In this document: one piece after another, positions 38,000 through 50,581 of the stretch
Position numbering within the stretch: position 1 is the stretch's first letter
Layout: every line of letters starts with the position of its first letter
DNA from: Vermamoeba vermiformis
Taxonomy: Eukaryota
DNA length: 53,946 nucleotides
Direction of reading: 5' to 3'
NCBI GenBank assembly: GCA_045837725.1
Contig: JBEWZL010000261.1
Span: 62,001 to 115,946, forward strand
The notes under the pieces: generated by a model
What the model saw: only the letters and a program-made list of their open reading frames with translations
Databases searched by the model: none
What the model was told of the DNA's origin: nothing
Program-made: the position numbers and the translations under genes

Positions 38000-40962
38000 A
38001 TGGATTATCCTCAATTATATGAGGTTCTTCCATTTGAAATATTAGTTGAAATTTTATCGTTAGTGCCGCCTAGTGCCGTGGTTCATTTTGCAAGCGCATC
38101 CAAACGCCATCTGAAGGTTTTTAATCAAGAAAATGGCTTGTGGCAACATCTAACATGCAAAATACAACGTTGGAGTGCCAATGGTGCGTATGATAATTTG
38201 TGGAGCGGATCTACATTGTCAAATTTCCCGCCATCCAAATTTATTCATGACCATAAAATTCTAAAATTCCAATAAAGGCTAGAATTTCATTAACATATAT
38301 TATAGATGCGAAAGCACTACGAGAAGGAAAAAAATCGGTCGATTGGTCGAAGGAGTACCGCGTCGCAGCATTTTATCATGACAAGATCATCAATAATCAA
38401 CTCCAGCACGATAAAAGAGCTAATACGAATGAATATATGCCCGAGATATCAAAAAATCATTTTAAATTCACACCGAACCAAGATCCAGCCGTGCAAACTT
38501 CCGATCGAATTCTTCGTACGTTACTGTACGAATGATTCTCGATAATATTAATAGTATATTTATAGAGCCTTCAAAGTACAGTACCCTTATACCCGCTGCC
38601 ATTAGGAAACTTTTCTACAGCCTATTTCGAGGTCGCAATTCTAGCGATGGAAGAGTAAGACTTTTGAACATGATTGCACAATATGCATGAACTAATTTTA
38701 TTAGTGGTATATCTTCAATTCATATAGGTGCCGCCCTTGAAGGCTATGTAGCAATGCCAGGCATAGGACGTAATTCCTATGGGTATGACAGCGAAGGCAA
38801 CATACTGCTCGAGAGCGAACTTAGTCCTAACGATGTACCAACTTTTAATGCTGGAGATATTAGTAAGTCTATTTAATTACAATACAATACGATAACGAAT
38901 AGTATACAAATTTAATTGGGTTTGAGATCGAGATCCTGATAGAATTTTTTTGCGCAGTTGGATTTGGCATCAACTTCGTCAAAAATTCAGTTTTCTTCAC
39001 AAAGAATGGAGTTCTAATAGGAGATAAGACACATACTTACCTGCAATTTCCTGTGCTAAATTTAAAGACCCTCCATGCTTGCGTCGGATGTCTTCTTGGC
39101 TGTGAATTCCGCGCTAATTTTGGCTCATTGCCCTTCAAATTCGACCTATTGAAGTATCAGCATCAATATGGCCATACAGATACCTTAGAACTCTACTCGA
39201 CAAAAAGTTCGTACTGGATGCATCCGTTACAAATTCTATTTTGAAGTTACTTTACTTACCATTTGTTAAATATAGTGCTAGGTCATTTATTCCGAGTTTC
39301 AGACGATGAAACAATCCCAGAATATACCAAAGAAGGTGCTATCGCTAAAATTTCGACGATGGACTATAACCTGCCAGATCCGTCGATGAAATTGAACTTA
39401 TATTTATGGTTAACGCATTACCATCGAGACCCTCGACCTAACGGTTATGATTCTAATCAATTTATACAATTTTGGTTCAGTCAGTTGTTAATTAGCAGTC
39501 TGGATGCGCTGTTATCGTAAGTTGAAAGTGTACGGAAGATTGTTTTAAAAATTTATCAATTTTATTATGATAGATGGGAGCACAGTGAAAAGTTCAAGAT
39601 ATCTTTAGAACAAATGGCGCAATCTCTAAATTTGGTATGAGGGACTTTTTTGCTTCGATCCACTTGCAAGATCATTAATCGTATTGTATAGCCATATGAA
39701 GGCTTGCCTTATGAAGAATTGGTCATGACAATTTATCGAGATGCAAAAGGAATTTTTATCGATAACATTTTCGGCGTCATTTCGTTGGCATTAGAGGAGC
39801 TTACTCAAACAGCTTTTACCGTAATAAGTTTATTTAATTTTTAAATTAAATTTCGCGTAATAATTATATTATTTTTTAGGAAGACAATGGCCTATGGGCT
39901 CACCTTATTCTTGCATTTAACCATTTAAGTAAGATCCAATATTTTTTTTCAATTAAAAATTTGTTTGACGAGAACTAATGAATATATTATCATATAGATA
40001 GTGGAGTTCCATTGGAGCATTATACACAACAAGCTGCTGCAATGGTTTTAGTGAACACGTTCAATTATCAATTGCAAGGACCCACTTTCACGCAACAAGA
40101 TTTCTTTTCTATTATCGACAATTACTTCTGGTACTTGTTTTATCTGTAAGTCTACTCGGCTTCTAAAGATTCATATCAATATTAATTGTATTTAAATGCT
40201 TAGTACTCGTTCGCGTGCTCGCCAAGAGGTCATCTTGCAAAAAAATATCAAGTTGGCAGAGCCGTTTAAAAGTGGAAAACTGCGTAATGAAGTTCTTGTA
40301 AGTGCTATTTTATCATAATAATAAGAATAGGTACTAATAGATTTGATTAGAGGGTTTACGGAGATTCCTCACGCCTTGCTATAGACGAAATTTTGGAAAA
40401 TGCAGATCTGCCCGTTTGGAGCGAAGAACAAGTTGATCCCGAAAAATTCCCGTTTAGGCTTATTTATGGCATCAAAAACAAGACGTTATCAACGTACACA
40501 AAAGCATCGGCAATATTATACGGAATGTATTACCTGAAAATTCCCGTGGATGAGTTCCCAACAGAAGAACAGTTTCTGTCAGACGTTCTCAGAAAATGCG
40601 AAGAACTTGTGTCATTAGAGCGTAGAAAAGAATTATTGAAGAATTTGGCTTTAAACATTAGCGCGAACAGCAGCAACGGCAAAATTGAACACGAATTGGT
40701 AGCTGACATGTTTGGCATCGAGATGACAATTAGCAGTGCCGAAGACGAGTCAAAATTAGTGGTGCAGCCATTAATGATCAAAAAGGCGTTTGAACGAGTT
40801 GAAAATGAGATCGCGCAAATTGACAAGCAGATCCAATCTCGCAATCAAAGCGCCTCAACATCGACCCAATCAATATTATCAACAAAGAATATCATAATAG
40901 CTGCTAGTGTGTTGGCTGTTGCTATTGGCGGGTTTTTCTTGTACAAACGAAAGACAAAATAA
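38000..40962 (+). CDS. F-box + SPRY + helical domain protein with C-terminal tail anchor (copy 1), many exons
   Basis: LPFEILVEILSL F-box; SPRY motifs AYFEV, PGIGRNSYGY, GDIVGFGIN, FFTKNG, ANFG.PF.FD; terminal IIIAASVLAVAIGGFFLYKRKTK. Confidence 0.85.
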
Positions 40963-40963
40963 A

Positions 40964-40977
40964 TTGACACGTGTCAA
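40964..40977. repeat. Perfect 14-bp palindrome TTGACACGTGTCAA between convergent genes
   Basis: Seen directly, immediately after the stop of F-box/SPRY copy 1. Confidence 0.8.
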
Positions 40978-41014
40978 CTAAACTATTTTTCTTGACAATA
41001 TTTAATTGTTGGGT

Positions 41015-42229
41015 CTAATCTACATCTTCCATTGAAGTTGACGATGTTATTGGCGCTGAGCTAATGATGTTTTCATTATAAGTTTCATTATCGCCATTAG
41101 TTTCTTTTGCTTCGGTTGGATCCGCTTTCAGTTCAACTATACTTGACTCTTCTCTGGTACTTTTAACATTCGTGCTATTCGTACTATTCGCATTGTTATT
41201 ATTTTTCGTGGAATTTCCATTATTAGTATTTTTGTTGGTCTGGTCCTCGTCAAGATCTTCGTCGCTATCCGTCGTTGTAATTCCCAACTTCTTTTTAATC
41301 AATCGTTCAATTTTTCTGCGGTATTTTGGCATAACTTCTTGATTCTTTTTGTATTCTAAGCCAAATAAGACTATCAGTGGCAATGAATATTCCGGCAAAT
41401 CTTCATCAGTGACTGATTTCAACTCGGCCAATGTGAATTTCAAATATTCAACTTTCGCCTTATCCGTCAATAATTTATCCAATCTTTTGTGCATTTCAGC
41501 GACAAATCGTTGTTTTGTGTTGAATTTGTTGGGCATAATTTTCATCACGTGCAGGCCGTAGAGAATTGGCATCGTTGTGACAGTTCTTGCTAACAATGAT
41601 TTCATCACAAATGGCATAAATTTTTCGACTCTTCGTTCTTTATGCGGATAACTCTTCATCTCGCCGTAAAATTTTTGCAAAGCTTGATCTTCCTTTCCAA
41701 AAATTTTCTGCAAAGGCAAGATTTAGCTATTTGTTACTTTCACAGTAATTAATATACTCACGATAGCTTGTTCAAGGTCTTTTATCTTCAATGGCACCAT
41801 TACGTATTCCAATTTTTGGTCGACAATTTGTCGGATCCCGTCCAGCCTCATCCTGTCAAACATTCATTAATAAAAATTAATTATAATAACTATTATATAC
41901 TTACATTGGTATGCTGCAGTTAATGATAGAAAACGCTTCGGCGTAAGTTGGGTTTTCGAGTCCTGGAATCGGATCTCCAGCTTGAATGGCAGCGTCAACG
42001 ACGTAACAAAAAGAATTCAATTTTTCATCGCCTAATAAGAATATTAACGTTATTATTTAATAAATTATTATAATTAATCCAAACTTACCCAGCGTTAATA
42101 ATCGAACTAATTTAAAGGCCCATTGTTCCTCGTACTTAAATTTCAAGTCAATTAGATCATTATATATTAGCATTAATATTATATAACGTACTTCGAATGC
42201 ATGTTTCACAATAGTATCGCGCATTTCAA
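41015..42229 (-). pseudogene. 3' half of F-box/SPRY copy 2, separated from its 5' half (48787-50581) by an inversion
   Basis: Exons (LEMRDTIVKHAFE | YEEQWAFKLV... | ...PILYGLHVMKI) align with the later exons of copy 1. No start of its own; abuts the breakpoint. Confidence 0.8.
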
Positions 42230-43932
42230 GAGGTTCTTGATTGACTCTGGAATCGTTGACGCGATATAATTATTCTGCAGATCCAACGACACCAACTCCG
42301 TAAAGTTGCCAATGATTGAAGGAATCGTTGCTGCTCCAATCCTTTGACTAAAAGCAAGCGGTAAAAAGATGTGAATAACCCGGCCAGTCGTAGTGTTGCA
42401 CCTGATCCCATACCACGAGCAATGTGGCTCAGTAAAGTTCCATTGTGGTTTTGTACTGTTCGCCCATATTGCGTCGTAGAGTTCAAGCAGCATATTCCGT
42501 TCGTAATTTGCATGTGTTAGTTGTTTGAGTCCTGGTGCAGTACTCGGAGTGAGACTCGTGAGTGGAACTGTCGAGCCTCGATTTGGCGTTGGTGTAGTGA
42601 GAAGTGCGAAACCAATTACAATCGAGGCGATAATAGCTGAGAGTGCGACAGCACCAAGTGTCCAGCCAATCACTTTTCTTCTCTTGGTCGTCTTGTTCGT
42701 CTTGTTGTTCGTTGTCACGGGCTCTGTTTGTGCTTTCGGTTTTGCACCAGTAAATTGGTCGTAGAGAGAGTCCACAACGCGTTTGATTCGATCAACTTCA
42801 GAAGTGACGTTCTGAATGTCATTGTAGTTCTGTTTGATTGACTCACTCATGTATGGTATCAGTGACTCGTAGTCGACGTAGAGAATACCTGCGTAGATTA
42901 ACAATATTAGATCACTCCGGGTCCACTGGTTATCGCGTACCATCGATGAGTTGAACAGCTTCAGGCACCACACTTTCAATCTGTTGAGCAATGTACCCAA
43001 TGAACCTCTTGTTCGTTGCATGACTCACTCCTGGCTTGAACTTGTACGATATTCCGTTGATTTGAAGTAACGCCGCTCTGCTGTCTCGATCTGAATGAAT
43101 TAGATAAGCGAACACGATGTGCTCTTATTGGTAGGTACCTCCTTCCAACAAGCGAATGTCTTCTTTGATATTGATATCTGATGCTTTGTAGAAGTTGAGT
43201 GCTCGGAAGTTGCCCACGACTTCTGCATTGCCGTTGTACAGTACCATGTAGTTGTCGCTTTCTTTCGTCAGTGCCAGCGAGAGCTGGCTCTCCTCCACAA
43301 TGCTCTCAACGTTAAAGATTGCGTCCTCGAAGAGGTATTCTTGAATACTTGGCGAAGACTTGACCTCTTCCGGGTGTCAGCAAGATAGCCATCTTCGCCG
43401 ATCCAGTAGATCGGGACCACAGCTGTCATTATGATTTTAGTTCAGAAATAGGTTCGGAAACGATAAAAATAATCTACTTCTTTCGAATAGAGTGAGCATT
43501 CTTACTCTCGTTTTCTTCGTCATTGCTTTGAACGTGCCGCCTTTTTGGAAAAAGCTCCCAGATTCGAGAGGTGCCTGCTTTGACCAAATTTCCGTTTTCA
43601 AAATATTCAATTATCACCTGAAACAGTCTGTCTTTCGTTCTTCTGAAGTCAAATACGCCTTGGTTGATTTTTAAACGAATAAATAAACCACTGACTGAAT
43701 TTTCAGAGTCTTCAGAGTAGATCAACGGATTTCGTTTCGCCCAAGTGAAACAATTCTTCGGTTCATGCTTGATATTGCCAAAGTGGTCTGTTGCAACCAA
43801 TTTAATATTGAAACTACATCGAATGTCGACCATGTCGAATCCAAACGGTTCTGTTCTCGTGACCGCAGACCCAAGATTCTCGTTGAGCGGAACCAAGAGC
43901 CGGAACATATTTCTGATGTGTATTTTCTCCAT
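42230..43932 (-). CDS. MYRF-like membrane-tethered factor copy 1, 5' part (putative DNA-binding domain, peptidase S74, coiled coil, TM, first LRRs); exons 43932-43506, 43422-43139, 43090-42941, 42888-breakpoint; 1-nt deficit at ~43372
   Basis: ASDINIKEDI, GYIAQQIESVVPEAV, VDYESLIP (S74 motifs); TM VIGWTLGAVALSAIIASIVIGFALL; LRR N-cap CSWYGIRC. As assembled it runs into a stop at 42206. Confidence 0.85.
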
Positions 43933-43974
43933 CTTTGTTGCCTGTTGTAATTACTGAGCCATTGTTAGAATAAA

Positions 43975-45196
43975 TTGGGAAAAATTCAAACGTGCCAAAA
44001 ATATCTTTCGCTCGAAAGACAACTCGAAGATATTTTCAACAAACGAGTCAAAGTATTACAAGTCCAAGAAGAAGATTTAGTCGGCAGGTCTTTTGACTTA
44101 GAAGCAGATTGTATTGTGCAATTCCTGACTGGAACAAGTTCGTTTTTGATAGACCGAATTACAACATCACAAAAAATTACGGAGACTGAACCTAGTAAGC
44201 CAATCATATAGTTATATTAACTTACATAATCATCGATTAATTTTATGAGTGATTTAGTTCTAGCCCACCACTCGTTCTTCCACATTAACGGAGACTTTAT
44301 TTTGTACTTTACGCCCGCAAATCAATTAATGGTACGATTCTTTTTCGTTATACTTATTTTATTACACAGACTTGACTAATATTTAAAATAGATATTGAAC
44401 TGGAAGACTAATGATGTGTCGAGTTTGGAAGTGTTATCTGTCAGTGAATCTCGGCTGGCGCTAGCACTGCCGAAGAGGTTCTTTAATACCTGCGAATACA
44501 CAATATTTGCAGACTCAGAGAGGGTCATATTAATCAACCTGAACGAAGCAACAGGCACGTCAAGGCTAACTTGTTCTATCCAATGTTCGTTAATATTAAC
44601 CAGATCTTGCAGTCGTCAGAAGTTATGTCTCACCGACAAGGTTCAAACCATGTTTTTTGCAACTATGGCCTGGAGACAAATCAAAGTTTTTCTGCGTCGG
44701 AAGTATCATGCATGTACGTGAATATCGCGGTTTTGAAAACTCACGTGATCTGATTTTTTCATTGCAGATCTGGTCAGTATACGAGTCTCGAATATTGGAT
44801 TCTATATTAGTGCACCCAATTCATCCACTGAGCAACAACGAGGCTTTTCCGCTTAAAGTGAAATTTCACGACAACAAAGTATTTTTGCAATACCCAACAG
44901 TGATTCACGTAAGATTCTTATTATGACGCCTAAATTGTATCTGACGCCTATATTTATTATGGCAGATCTTGAGCAAGACTATAAATGGATCATATGAGCT
45001 GTTGAATAGCTTCAAAGAAGGTTGTTTTGACTTTGACGAGTGTCATTTATTTGATACCGAACCTTTTCTGCATACATCTCTCATTATTAGCGATTTTTCA
45101 CCAAAGACGTTGCCTGCAAATGAACAGAATAACAATACTAATCAGTCCAATCCGGCAAGATCTGCGGATGTTCAAACGTTCGAAGTTATCGATTAA
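43975..45196 (+). pseudogene. Multi-exon gene fragment (beta-propeller-like) with no identifiable start codon
   Basis: Several GT-AG-bounded open exons (ILNWKTNDV..., IWSVYESRIL..., FDFDECHL...IISDFS); the 5' end runs into the upstream region of MYRF-like copy 1. Confidence 0.45.
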
Positions 45197-45271
45197 GGCC
45201 CGGATGATAGTACTCAAGGTACCACTTTACCGAACAATGATAATATAGTATAACAAGGTTGTGATTTTATT

Positions 45272-46465
45272 TTACAATTTTTCAACGTCAAAAACGACTG
45301 GTGGATTGGTTGGCATGTACGAATATGTACAAGTCGATGCGTTAATAAAAATGGTCTCTTTGTCTTCATATACGCCATAGCTACGCAAGTACATAGTTAA
45401 TATAACAAGATAATCCAAACAAGGCAATTCTATATTTAACTTACGACTCGTGGATGTGCCCGAAGACGTGGACTAAAGGCTTGGCCTTACGAATAACTTT
45501 AATTAATTCTTCGCAGCCTGCATCGATTCCATTCTTACAAAGACCTCCAAAACCTAATATATATAACATAAAATAAGTTTCTGGAGCAAAAATTCGGTTG
45601 ATCCGATCCGGATTTGATCTTGCAACAAAAGAGCTCCTTTCTTAATAATTAATTTACCTTGAGGAGGTCCATGAGTAATTAATACGTCTATGCCATCGAG
45701 GGGAATTTTGTCCCATTTCTCGCGAATTGCAGGTCCTCGCTCTACGTTGAAGGCCCAATCGCAGAACTCTGGCTGCCAAGGACTACCATATATTCTAATC
45801 CCTTCTATTGTAGTCTCTTGGTCCTATTGCTACTATTAATACTTGAAATTTCAGCAGATCAGCCGCGTTACCTCTAAGTAGATGCAGTTCTTGAGCAGTT
45901 TTTTTGGCTCAGGGCCATATTGTCGATCTGGATTCATTTTTCTTTGTGCTCGCGTTTCTAAATAGCCGTCTTCAAAGGATAAATCGTGATTTCCTAATTT
46001 GCTGAATTGGTATTTATTTGAAAATTCAAAGTCTTCATGATCTTACCCGCAATAACTACTTTATGCTTAAAACCCGATTTTCCTAAGAATTCACTGAGAG
46101 ATATAATGTCTTTATCTTCTCCTACGTTTGAAAAATCGCCAGCTATTTAAAGAATTAAAATTGAATTTTTTGTTTAATTTACAAATTATTATTTACCATG
46201 TATCAATACGTCTCCTGCTGGTATATTCTTTATTTTATCATGCATTGAATGAGTATCCGATATACAAACGAATCGGACCGCGTTAGGTGATTTTGCAGGT
46301 AAATCCTCTTAACAAAATTAATTAGCGATCTTATGACGTATAATATATTACATTACCTTTTGGATCGTACACAGTTAATTTTGTTTTTTGCCTTGTAATG
46401 GTGAAGGAACCAAATCCAGGATCAGCCGGCAAGTTTATGTCGTCAGTACTTGCGTTATTGCCCAT
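45272..46465 (-). CDS. Metallophosphoesterase (MPPED1/2-like), multi-exon, possible N-myristoylation (MGNNAS)
   Basis: RFVCISDTH, DVLIHAGD, IAGNHD, YGSPWQP, LITHGPP, HVFGHIHE, FINAS. Confidence 0.92.
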
Positions 46466-46588
46466 TAATTAAGAATTTATTTATCCTCGGGTTGTTGCTA
46501 GCAATTTGAAAATATTAAAACAACCAAACACGAAAGTTTGTTACTTTTTCATTCTTGCGAAGGCAGGACAAACCGTCCCTGGTCTATA

Positions 46589-47476
46589 ATGGCCACAATA
46601 GAGCTCAACTTTTCTGAAGACGAAGCTATTAAAAGTTATCTCGAACAAAGTATTGCAGTAACCGGCCAAACACCAGATCTGATTGCCGTATCATTTGTTG
46701 AAAATGTCTCCGACGCAGGAATTAAGGCGATATTAGCACCAAAATTAGCAACAAAATTAAAGAGAATTTATGTTAATTTTTGCGAGAATATTAAAGAAGC
46801 AGAATCATTTTCAGATCTTCCATCTGCTACAAACCTTCAAGATCTGTCGTTTCTGTATTGCCCAGTGCTTGACGATCAGCTGCTACATTATGTATCAAAA
46901 TGTCGAACCGTAGAAAACCTATCAGTAATTGGATGCGTCTCGGCAGATCCGTGGACAACGAAAAATATCGTGGCGATGACAGATCTCAAAAAATTGACGC
47001 TAAACCACAACGAATACCTTACAACTGAAGATATTGCCTCCATTAGTACTTTATCAAATCTTACAGAGCTAGATATGGAAGATATTCACTTGAACAACGA
47101 AAGTTTGTTTTCGATCGTGGATGGATCTGGATCGAGCAATTTAAAGAGATTGAATATTGAAGAGAATCCCGACGTCACAAATATCGGATTCCACGAGTTA
47201 ACAAAATTAAGTAATTTAGAAGCATTACGAATCGGAGTCTGTCAAGCGACGGATGTGGGCTGGAGATCAATTGGCAAATTGACGCAATTAACAGCACTTC
47301 AAATATTAGGCAGCACTAATTTGACAAATAACGGATTCCAAGAAATTATCACGGAATTAACACGACTGAAGGAGCTACTAGTTTGTTTTTGCGATCAGCT
47401 TACCCAACAATCCGTCCGTGCCTCAATTAAGCAACTCACTAATCTCACCAAAATATCGATTACAGATATTGATTAG
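46589..47476 (+). CDS. Cys-containing LRR protein (FBXL/AMN1-like repeats, no evident F-box), intronless
   Basis: LxxLxLxxCxxLTD-type repeats throughout. Confidence 0.85.
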   Translation: MATIELNFSEDEAIKSYLEQSIAVTGQTPDLIAVSFVENVSDAGIKAILAPKLATKLKRIYVNFCENIKEAESFSDLPSATNLQDLSFLYCPVLDDQLLHYVSKCRTVENLSVIGCVSADPWTTKNIVAMTDLKKLTLNHNEYLTTEDIASISTLSNLTELDMEDIHLNNESLFSIVDGSGSSNLKRLNIEENPDVTNIGFHELTKLSNLEALRIGVCQATDVGWRSIGKLTQLTALQILGSTNLTNNGFQEIITELTRLKELLVCFCDQLTQQSVRASIKQLTNLTKISITDID

Positions 47477-47775
47477 AATATTTTTGCTCACCAGCCCAAC
47501 AATGAAGTGATCCACGTATTTACTCTCTGGATCTTTGAATCAGATTTGAAGATCGAACTTTTGTTTCGGAGCTTCACTCTTTGTTCTGCAGAAGTCAAAG
47601 TGCTCGTCTATAAGTCCACCTCAAGGGGCTTATAACGGGGCGGAGTTTGCTGGAGAAACTAATTTGCCCGTTTTTCCGAAGATAGTTTGTCCATTTCACC
47701 GAGCGCCGCACACTTAAATAGCGAACTTTCGTACATTCTGCATTCAAATTCCAACACAACAAACACAAACAAAGC

Positions 47776-48654
47776 ATGTCCTCGGCAACTCAAACATCCC
47801 GCGTCATTCTCATCACTGGCTGCTCAAGTGGCTTTGGCCGGTCATTTGCTCAACACTTCCTCGAGCAAGGCCAAAAAGTCGTAGTAACTGCCCGAAAACT
47901 CGATACCATTCAACATTTTGCTGCGAAATTCCCTTCACACGCCCTCGTGCTCTCATTGGATGTCAACAACCAAGATTCAGTGAACGCTGCTGTCGCGAAA
48001 ACTCTCGAGAAATTTGGTCGAATCGACGTTCTTATCAACAACGCTGGATACTGCTTGTATGGCTTGGTAGAGCACTATTCTGAAGCAGAATATCGCTTGC
48101 AAATGGAAACTAACTTCTTCGGGGCTGTTCGAATGACTCAAGCCGTCCTGCCTTCGATGCGCAAAAACAGATCCGGTCACGTGATTCAAATCAGCTCTGT
48201 TGGCGGTGTCGTTGCTAGTCCAATGGTCACACTCTACAATGCGAGTAAATTCGCTCTTGAAGGGTTCACTGAAGGATTAGCCAAAGAGACCGCAGCTTTC
48301 AACGTCCGTTTTACCATCGTTGAACCGGGAGGCTTCTTGACCGATATCACCAGCGATAAGAACTTAATTGCTGCAAATACAACAGATGAAGCCACTGACG
48401 CTGATTACGCTCCAGTCATACAGAATAATCAAAAGTTCTTGGAATATTTGAAGAACGCGCCTGGCGATACCAACAAGGCCTCAGCAGCTGTCTTGCAAAT
48501 CATTCAAGCACCGAACCCTCCTCTTCGCTTGCCTTTAGGCGCTGACTCAGTCGGACTCATCAAAGCCAAGCTCGATCAGCAACTGAAGGAGATCCAAGCG
48601 TGGGAACAACTAGCCGTCTCCACCACCTTTGACCACGTTAATGCTAGCCACTAA
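47776..48654 (+). CDS. Classical short-chain dehydrogenase/reductase, intronless
   Basis: TGCSSGFG, NNAG, catalytic YNASK. Confidence 0.95.
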   Translation: MSSATQTSRVILITGCSSGFGRSFAQHFLEQGQKVVVTARKLDTIQHFAAKFPSHALVLSLDVNNQDSVNAAVAKTLEKFGRIDVLINNAGYCLYGLVEHYSEAEYRLQMETNFFGAVRMTQAVLPSMRKNRSGHVIQISSVGGVVASPMVTLYNASKFALEGFTEGLAKETAAFNVRFTIVEPGGFLTDITSDKNLIAANTTDEATDADYAPVIQNNQKFLEYLKNAPGDTNKASAAVLQIIQAPNPPLRLPLGADSVGLIKAKLDQQLKEIQAWEQLAVSTTFDHVNASH

Positions 48655-48786
48655 AAGTAGCTCATTTATCTGTCACTCAAATAAAGGAAAATCTGCTTCC
48701 AAAAATAGACATATTTTTACCGTTACAAATTGTTGTTGAAAGCGAAATCATACTAGTACGAAACACAAAGCTGGATATTGGTAATA

Positions 48787-50581
48787 ATGGAAGAAGATAC
48801 AAGGTCAAGCGATTTTTTTGCGCTGCCACTGGATGTGCTGGTCGATCTTTTACGATCGACAGATCGAGCTACGATTGTTAACTTATCTAGCGTTTGCAAA
48901 TACCACAAAAATCAATTCGATAAAGAAGATGGTCTATGGAAGAGATTAACATTGAAAATATTTGGCTGGACTGCCCAAGGTAATTACGAAAATCACAAAA
49001 ATGAAAATATAATTTGCAGCCATTATTTAAAGCCTAAAAATGCTTTATTGTATTCGATTATAATTTTAGAAAATAATATTTGAGCTATACTTTACTTTTT
49101 GTTCTTGTCAAGTCTCGATCAGATCATGATCGAAAGGTCAGAAAGTACTAATCACAATATTTAGACTCAAAAACATATCTAAACGATAGAAAAAATATCG
49201 ACTGGCGAAAGGAATATCGCGTGGCTTCATTTTATGACCACAAGATCCGAAATAACAAATTAGTTGTACTGTCTAAAGGAGGCAAAAATCCCTATAACTT
49301 CGTGGTAAGTATATCTAATTTACATATATAATGTAGTATTTTATTAATTTTATTTCGATTAGACGCCAACGAGTGTTTTTGAGTTGTATCCGCTTCCGAT
49401 CGGCGACTTCAGCACCGCTTATTATGAATTTAAAATGCTGGGAAACGATAAGTAGGCATCTTATATTAAATAATATATAAATTGGATCCAACTAAGGCTC
49501 TTGGTATTTTTAGATTTGGTGTACTTTGTTATGGTGCCGCACTACACGGATTTGACAACGCATTGCCAGGAATGGGACGAAATTCCTATGGATATTGCAG
49601 CGATGGCATGATTCATCTCGAATGTGAGACTGCTCCCGAAGATGTGCCTATATATGGCAATGGAGATTTACGTAAGTTTTTTATTCGAATTTGTAACGAG
49701 ATCTGGCGATCGCAAGCGGACTGTCTAATCAATCCTTATTAATGATTATACTATAGTTGGGTTTGGTATCAATTTTGCAAAGAAATCAATCTTTTTTACC
49801 AAAAATGGAAAGTTGATCCAAGAAAACACGACCAATGCGCACGGCCACAAACTCAAAAATCTTAAGACCTTATTTGCAACTATTAGCAAGATGAAGACGA
49901 AAGCATTAGATGCTAATTTTGGTGCCAAGCCATTTGTGTTCGATCTGATCCAATACCAGCAACAACAAAATAACAGATCAGATCCGTCCAAACTTTTCTC
50001 AGAAATAAGTACGTAGTATATAACCTATTATCTTTGCAAGTATTTATTAATTTTGTTCTTTAGTTTGCGATCATTTAACGACGTTAAGTGAAAGTGAAAC
50101 ATTTTTGGATATGACGACATTCGAACAGCCCTATTTAACGCTAGAATTTTATCCGCCAAGATTCGATCGATTCAAACTCAATCCATTTTTGTACACATTA
50201 ACTTTCTTGAAATTACCGCCTGGATACGATTCGTCAATCACCGACGAAATTTTTGATCTATTTTTATCCGTTCACGGCATTATGGATGCAAGAAAAATGT
50301 TACCCTCGTAAGTAATATTAATATATATATATATGTATATATTAGTAATTTATTGCAATGAATTTTCGCTAGAATGCAAAATTCAGTACGGATCCAAGAA
50401 GGCATTAAAGATATTACACGATCCCTTGGAATAGTAAGCCAAAGATATATTTAATAAATAAGAACTAAAATAATGTTATTTTATTCTTAGAAAACGAAGG
50501 GCAAATCATGGAATCAGTTAGTCAAAGACGTGGATTCGGAGTGCTTCAAATTTTATTGCATGGTTGTATACCAAATAGCTC
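48787..50581 (+). pseudogene. 5' half of F-box/SPRY copy 2; cut at the inversion breakpoint, runs into a stop at 50635-50637 as assembled
   Basis: LPLDVLVDLL F-box; PGMGRNSYGY, VGFGINF, FFTKNG, ANFGAKPFVFD; exon structure parallels copy 1. Confidence 0.82.

Larger units (their letters stand above)
42233..50578. other. Inverted segment (~8.35 kb) bounded by 3-bp inverted microhomology (GAG 42230-42232 / CTC 50579-50581)
   Basis: Re-inverting restores the junctions of two split genes in frame, with no bases gained or lost. Confidence 0.9.

Noticed and set aside
42233-50578. Inverted segment as a transposon or recombinase-carrying invertible cassette
   Set aside because: No transposase or recombinase is encoded inside, and there are no long terminal inverted repeats; only a 3-bp microhomology with weak flanking similarity.
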